Shown here: positions 60,959 through 64,000 of the stretch, piece after piece | How the letters are laid out: each line of letters starts with the position of its first letter | Position numbering within the stretch: position 1 is the first letter of the stretch | NCBI GenBank assembly: GCA_030602585.1 | Contig: JAUVZJ010000002.1 | Location: 3,262 to 67,261, forward strand | Origin: Candidatus Methanophagales archaeon | Lineage (GTDB): Archaea > Halobacteriota > Syntropharchaeia > Alkanophagales > Methanospirareceae | Direction: 5' to 3' | DNA length: 64,000 bases | Notes under the pieces: model-generated | The model's database searches: none | Seen by the model: the letters and a program-made list of their open reading frames with translations, nothing else | Told to the model about the DNA's origin: nothing | Position numbers and translations under genes: made by a program

Positions 60959-63669
60959 TCTTCTTCTCCCCTTCCCATATTTAGTGATAAATCGGGCATC
61001 TCTATACCCTTCCCTTCTCTCTTCATCTTACCCCCCCACCCTTCAACAACTTCAGCTTCAACTTCCACTTCTGATTCCCCCGATTCAGTTATCTTTTTCA
61101 GTTCCTTTAACGAGGATAACATCATTGCAAGTGGACCGCCCATCCCTTTTATCCCCTTTGCCGCCTTCATACTATCCTCTCTCATCCTCGAAATCTCTGA
61201 CTCCGCCTTTGTTATATGCCTTATTGCGCTTGAGGTTGTCTCTTCAGAAGGTATCCCGCCGATAAAACTCATCGCTTTTTCAATGACCGATTTTATATCA
61301 TCGCTGAACCTGTTCGAGAGGTCGTCTATCCTGTCAATTAATACCTCCATATTTCGTGAGGAGTCGTCTATCATTCTCAGCATTTTCTCTGCTTTATCCT
61401 CAGCGGGTGCTCCTGCTTCTATACCTTTTAATTTAAATACCAATTCATCAAGCTCGTTTTTCAGGAGTGTGAAGCCCCTTTCCGCGTCTTTAGTCCATTT
61501 CTTCACCTTTTCCATGCTTTTACTTGCGCTTTCAAGTCCGTGAACCAGCATCGTAAGATTCGCTATCGAGTAGCTCTCCGGGTCAGGGATTCGCACATTT
61601 TTTATATCCTCTGCCATATCCAGGCCGGTTAGCAAATCGTCAAACATCTTCAAGCACTGTGCAAGCACGATGGGAACGTTATTCCAGATTGTTTCCTTCT
61701 CTAATATTTCGTAATTCTTCCAGTAATTCGTCACCATATCTCTATTTTTTTCATCTACACCCGGTGTGTATGGTATCCCGGAGATTACGGAGAATGGTTT
61801 GGGGGTTCCATAGAAAAGAGAATGATGTCTTTGCAACTTAGAAAAATCACTTTCATTATATGCTTTTTCAAGCCATTCCAATTCACGAAGTCTTGGCGGA
61901 AGCCCCGGACCTGGCGCCCATGGTTGAAGCCCAATCATAAGCGTGTATATCGCAAAGCTGTGCGCACGCGCTGGTGCATCCAATTTCAGAACGTCTGCAT
62001 CCTTTGTAAATCTTTCTGTCACCATGCTCTTAAATGCGCCACCTCCAAGCCTCGCATCATCAAAATTGTCCGCTCTTGTGCTCAATACTGCGATGAAGTG
62101 CCCGAACTTCTCCTCCTCGTTCACCACATTCCCTTGCGCATCCAACGACAGGAATCCGTAATCGTGGAGAATGTCTATATATTTTGATGCCATGACATTT
62201 TCTATCGAATGCCGGTAGTTTACCATTGGATTGAATATGATGTCGCCCTCATTAATCGGCGAATGCGTCCACCTGAAGAACTCCTCTTCGCGATCGAGTT
62301 TTTTCATAATCTCAAAGAAAGAGAGATTTTTCACGTCTTCTCTGCTCTTCTTTAAGCTCCTTATCTCATCTTCCGATAGCTCTATCTGATGATAGCTTCT
62401 CGTGTTCAGCGGCGATGTTATCGCCCGAAGAAGCTTGTTCTTAAGCGCCTCAAGGCGTTCTAAATTCCGCTCCGTAAGTCTCTTCTCCTCGTCTGTGTCG
62501 CTTGCCCTTATCTCAAGGTTGAGCACTTCCTCCTTCAAGCCTGATAATTTCTTCCTCGCTCTATCCAGTTTTGCCTTTGCATCCGCAGTTGCAGCCATGT
62601 CCACATGATAAAGCTTTCCGGTCGCCGATTCGTAACTATCTATTTTTCGCTGAACGTCCTTTATCCTGCCATCGAACCTTTCCAATTCCCCTCTTTCTGA
62701 TTCTATTTTTCCCTTTATATCAGATATTCTTGCCTCTATCTCAACCAATCTCTGTCTAACCACAGGTATCTCATCCTCGATGTCATAATACAAAAATAAT
62801 TTCTCAGTAGGAAATACGCACTCGTAGTAACCCAGTGAATCAAACCTGTTTTCGTAACCCCTTGCTCTGTTCTGAAGGTCATTGAGGTCGAGCCACTTAC
62901 CCTTCGTTTCCACTGTTCCACCCGGGAGGAATCCAAGGTCGAGAAGGAACCTTGGTATCGCCCTTTCCAATTCATCATCCCGGTTCTGCCCCTGAAGGTC
63001 TCTACCAAGAAGGAAGAATAATTTGAATGGATTAGAGTAATTCTTATCGTCTATTATAACGTCCTCGGTATGGGACATAAGGAAATAAAGTTCTTTCAGC
63101 GCACCGAGGGCATTACCCGTCGGAAGCACGGATTCCTTGCTCGAAGGGAGTATGCCAATCCCAAACATCACCGGCTCAGACCCAAACTGTTTTGATATCC
63201 AATCGCGTATGTCTATTGCAATGTCGAGCAGCATACTCGACCCCGTTCCTCCACCTAATGCGCACACCATCACAATGAAGAAGTCCTTTCCTCCAGTTCT
63301 GTTCTTCAATTCCGATGCCGCTGAACCTATCGCACTGAATATTCGCTCTCGATGTACATTATACATCGCCCTACCATATATCCGATGTTGTCCACACCCC
63401 GCGCCGGCTGCCGAAAGATATGGGTCAGGGAGCCATCTATTGGTGTTCTTCATCAAAATCGTATCCGGTCTGTTGAGAATTATCTTCTTTCTCTCTTCCA
63501 CTTCGGTGCATGCGCTTGCTGATGCCTGGTCAGTGTCTATAATCAAAAACTCCTCATTCTTCGGTACTTTCCCTGTTTTGGCCTTAAGCATTCTCAATAT
63601 ATTATTTACGACGCTACTCCCTTGCCCACCAATTCCAATTACAATCCTATTTACCGTATCTTCTCCCAT
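60955..63669 (-). CDS. FtsZ/tubulin-superfamily GTPase (Tubulin_2/FtsZl-like) with long coiled-coil extensions, 904 aa
   Basis: IVIGIGGQG, IIDTD, GAGCGQ, ALGGGTGS, GILP, NALGALKEL and T7-like LDLND. Confidence 0.85.
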   Translation of the reverse strand: MGEDTVNRIVIGIGGQGSSVVNNILRMLKAKTGKVPKNEEFLIIDTDQASASACTEVEERKKIILNRPDTILMKNTNRWLPDPYLSAAGAGCGQHRIYGRAMYNVHRERIFSAIGSAASELKNRTGGKDFFIVMVCALGGGTGSSMLLDIAIDIRDWISKQFGSEPVMFGIGILPSSKESVLPTGNALGALKELYFLMSHTEDVIIDDKNYSNPFKLFFLLGRDLQGQNRDDELERAIPRFLLDLGFLPGGTVETKGKWLDLNDLQNRARGYENRFDSLGYYECVFPTEKLFLYYDIEDEIPVVRQRLVEIEARISDIKGKIESERGELERFDGRIKDVQRKIDSYESATGKLYHVDMAATADAKAKLDRARKKLSGLKEEVLNLEIRASDTDEEKRLTERNLERLEALKNKLLRAITSPLNTRSYHQIELSEDEIRSLKKSREDVKNLSFFEIMKKLDREEEFFRWTHSPINEGDIIFNPMVNYRHSIENVMASKYIDILHDYGFLSLDAQGNVVNEEEKFGHFIAVLSTRADNFDDARLGGGAFKSMVTERFTKDADVLKLDAPARAHSFAIYTLMIGLQPWAPGPGLPPRLRELEWLEKAYNESDFSKLQRHHSLFYGTPKPFSVISGIPYTPGVDEKNRDMVTNYWKNYEILEKETIWNNVPIVLAQCLKMFDDLLTGLDMAEDIKNVRIPDPESYSIANLTMLVHGLESASKSMEKVKKWTKDAERGFTLLKNELDELVFKLKGIEAGAPAEDKAEKMLRMIDDSSRNMEVLIDRIDDLSNRFSDDIKSVIEKAMSFIGGIPSEETTSSAIRHITKAESEISRMREDSMKAAKGIKGMGGPLAMMLSSLKELKKITESGESEVEVEAEVVEGWGGKMKREGKGIEMPDLSLNMGRGEEE

Positions 63670-63685
63670 TTCTATTACTCAGATG

Positions 63686-64000
63686 TCATACCTCCTTCTC
63701 TTTTGATTCGTAATCCGCTATCTTCGCTTTAATTGCGCTCATCTCGTCGTCGAAATGGTCTATTTCCAGATTGCTACCCCTTATATCGCTTTCAATCCCC
63801 GCAACCGTGCTATCTATCTTTTTTGCATCTAAAACAAGCTTACTTGCTCCCTTTTCTCCTCTGAACCATACTGTAACACCAAATAATCCAAATATGACTC
63901 CCACTGCCAATGTAACATATATCACGATAGAAGAAGCCGAATCCGATAAAGAAGAAATAATCATATCCCGATATTCATTCAACGCAAAGGACATAGTGGC
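63686..64000 (-). CDS. Membrane protein C-terminus (TM plus short coiled coil), probably truncated by the window edge
   Basis: TM IVIYVTLAVGVIFGLFGVTVWF followed by a heptad tail; frame open to the window end. Confidence 0.7.
   Translation of the reverse strand, partial: ATMSFALNEYRDMIISSLSDSASSIVIYVTLAVGVIFGLFGVTVWFRGEKGASKLVLDAKKIDSTVAGIESDIRGSNLEIDHFDDEMSAIKAKIADYESKEKEV

Overview
Archaeal chromosomal window, most consistent with an ANME-1-like (Methanophagales/Syntropharchaeia-type) euryarchaeon. This is inferred from the mvhD-fdhB-hdrCBA genes plus extra hdrA copies, cofH, methanogenesis marker 2, a PGF-CTERM protein and archaeal MCM/Cbf5/RpoD. Core blocks: an Hdr/MvhD/FdhB-like operon, ND-aspS, a tandem hdrA pair, ade, moaB, and a cobalt/cobalamin cluster (Dph6-like, DUF2162, MotA/TolQ, DUF2149, membrane-anchored CobN, cbiMNQO, cbiT-L-F-G). 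Further core genes: nreA, purF, HDAC, signal peptidase, rpl10e, cbf5-tRNA-Ser-rps13-rps4-rps11-rpoD, cofH, mcm, argG, aroA and tRNA-Trp. Small AT-rich accessory patches (6.3-8.4, 15.6-21.4, 22.0-25.5, 52.7-55.0 kb) hold TA genes, HEPN-like genes and gene fragments. Best candidates for new biology: (1) a 904-aa FtsZ/tubulin-superfamily GTPase with long coiled coils in an operon with membrane-anchored coiled-coil proteins, running off the right edge; (2) a catalytically dead MCM paralogue tail-to-tail with the real mcm; (3) an outward-facing CobN/HmuS-like module joined to a cobalt ECF importer; (4) a complementary HdrA heterodimer pair plus a fused version of it; (5) a TOPRIM-less OLD-type ABC ATPase with a small partner gene. 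All family calls come from motif recognition by eye, not database searches.
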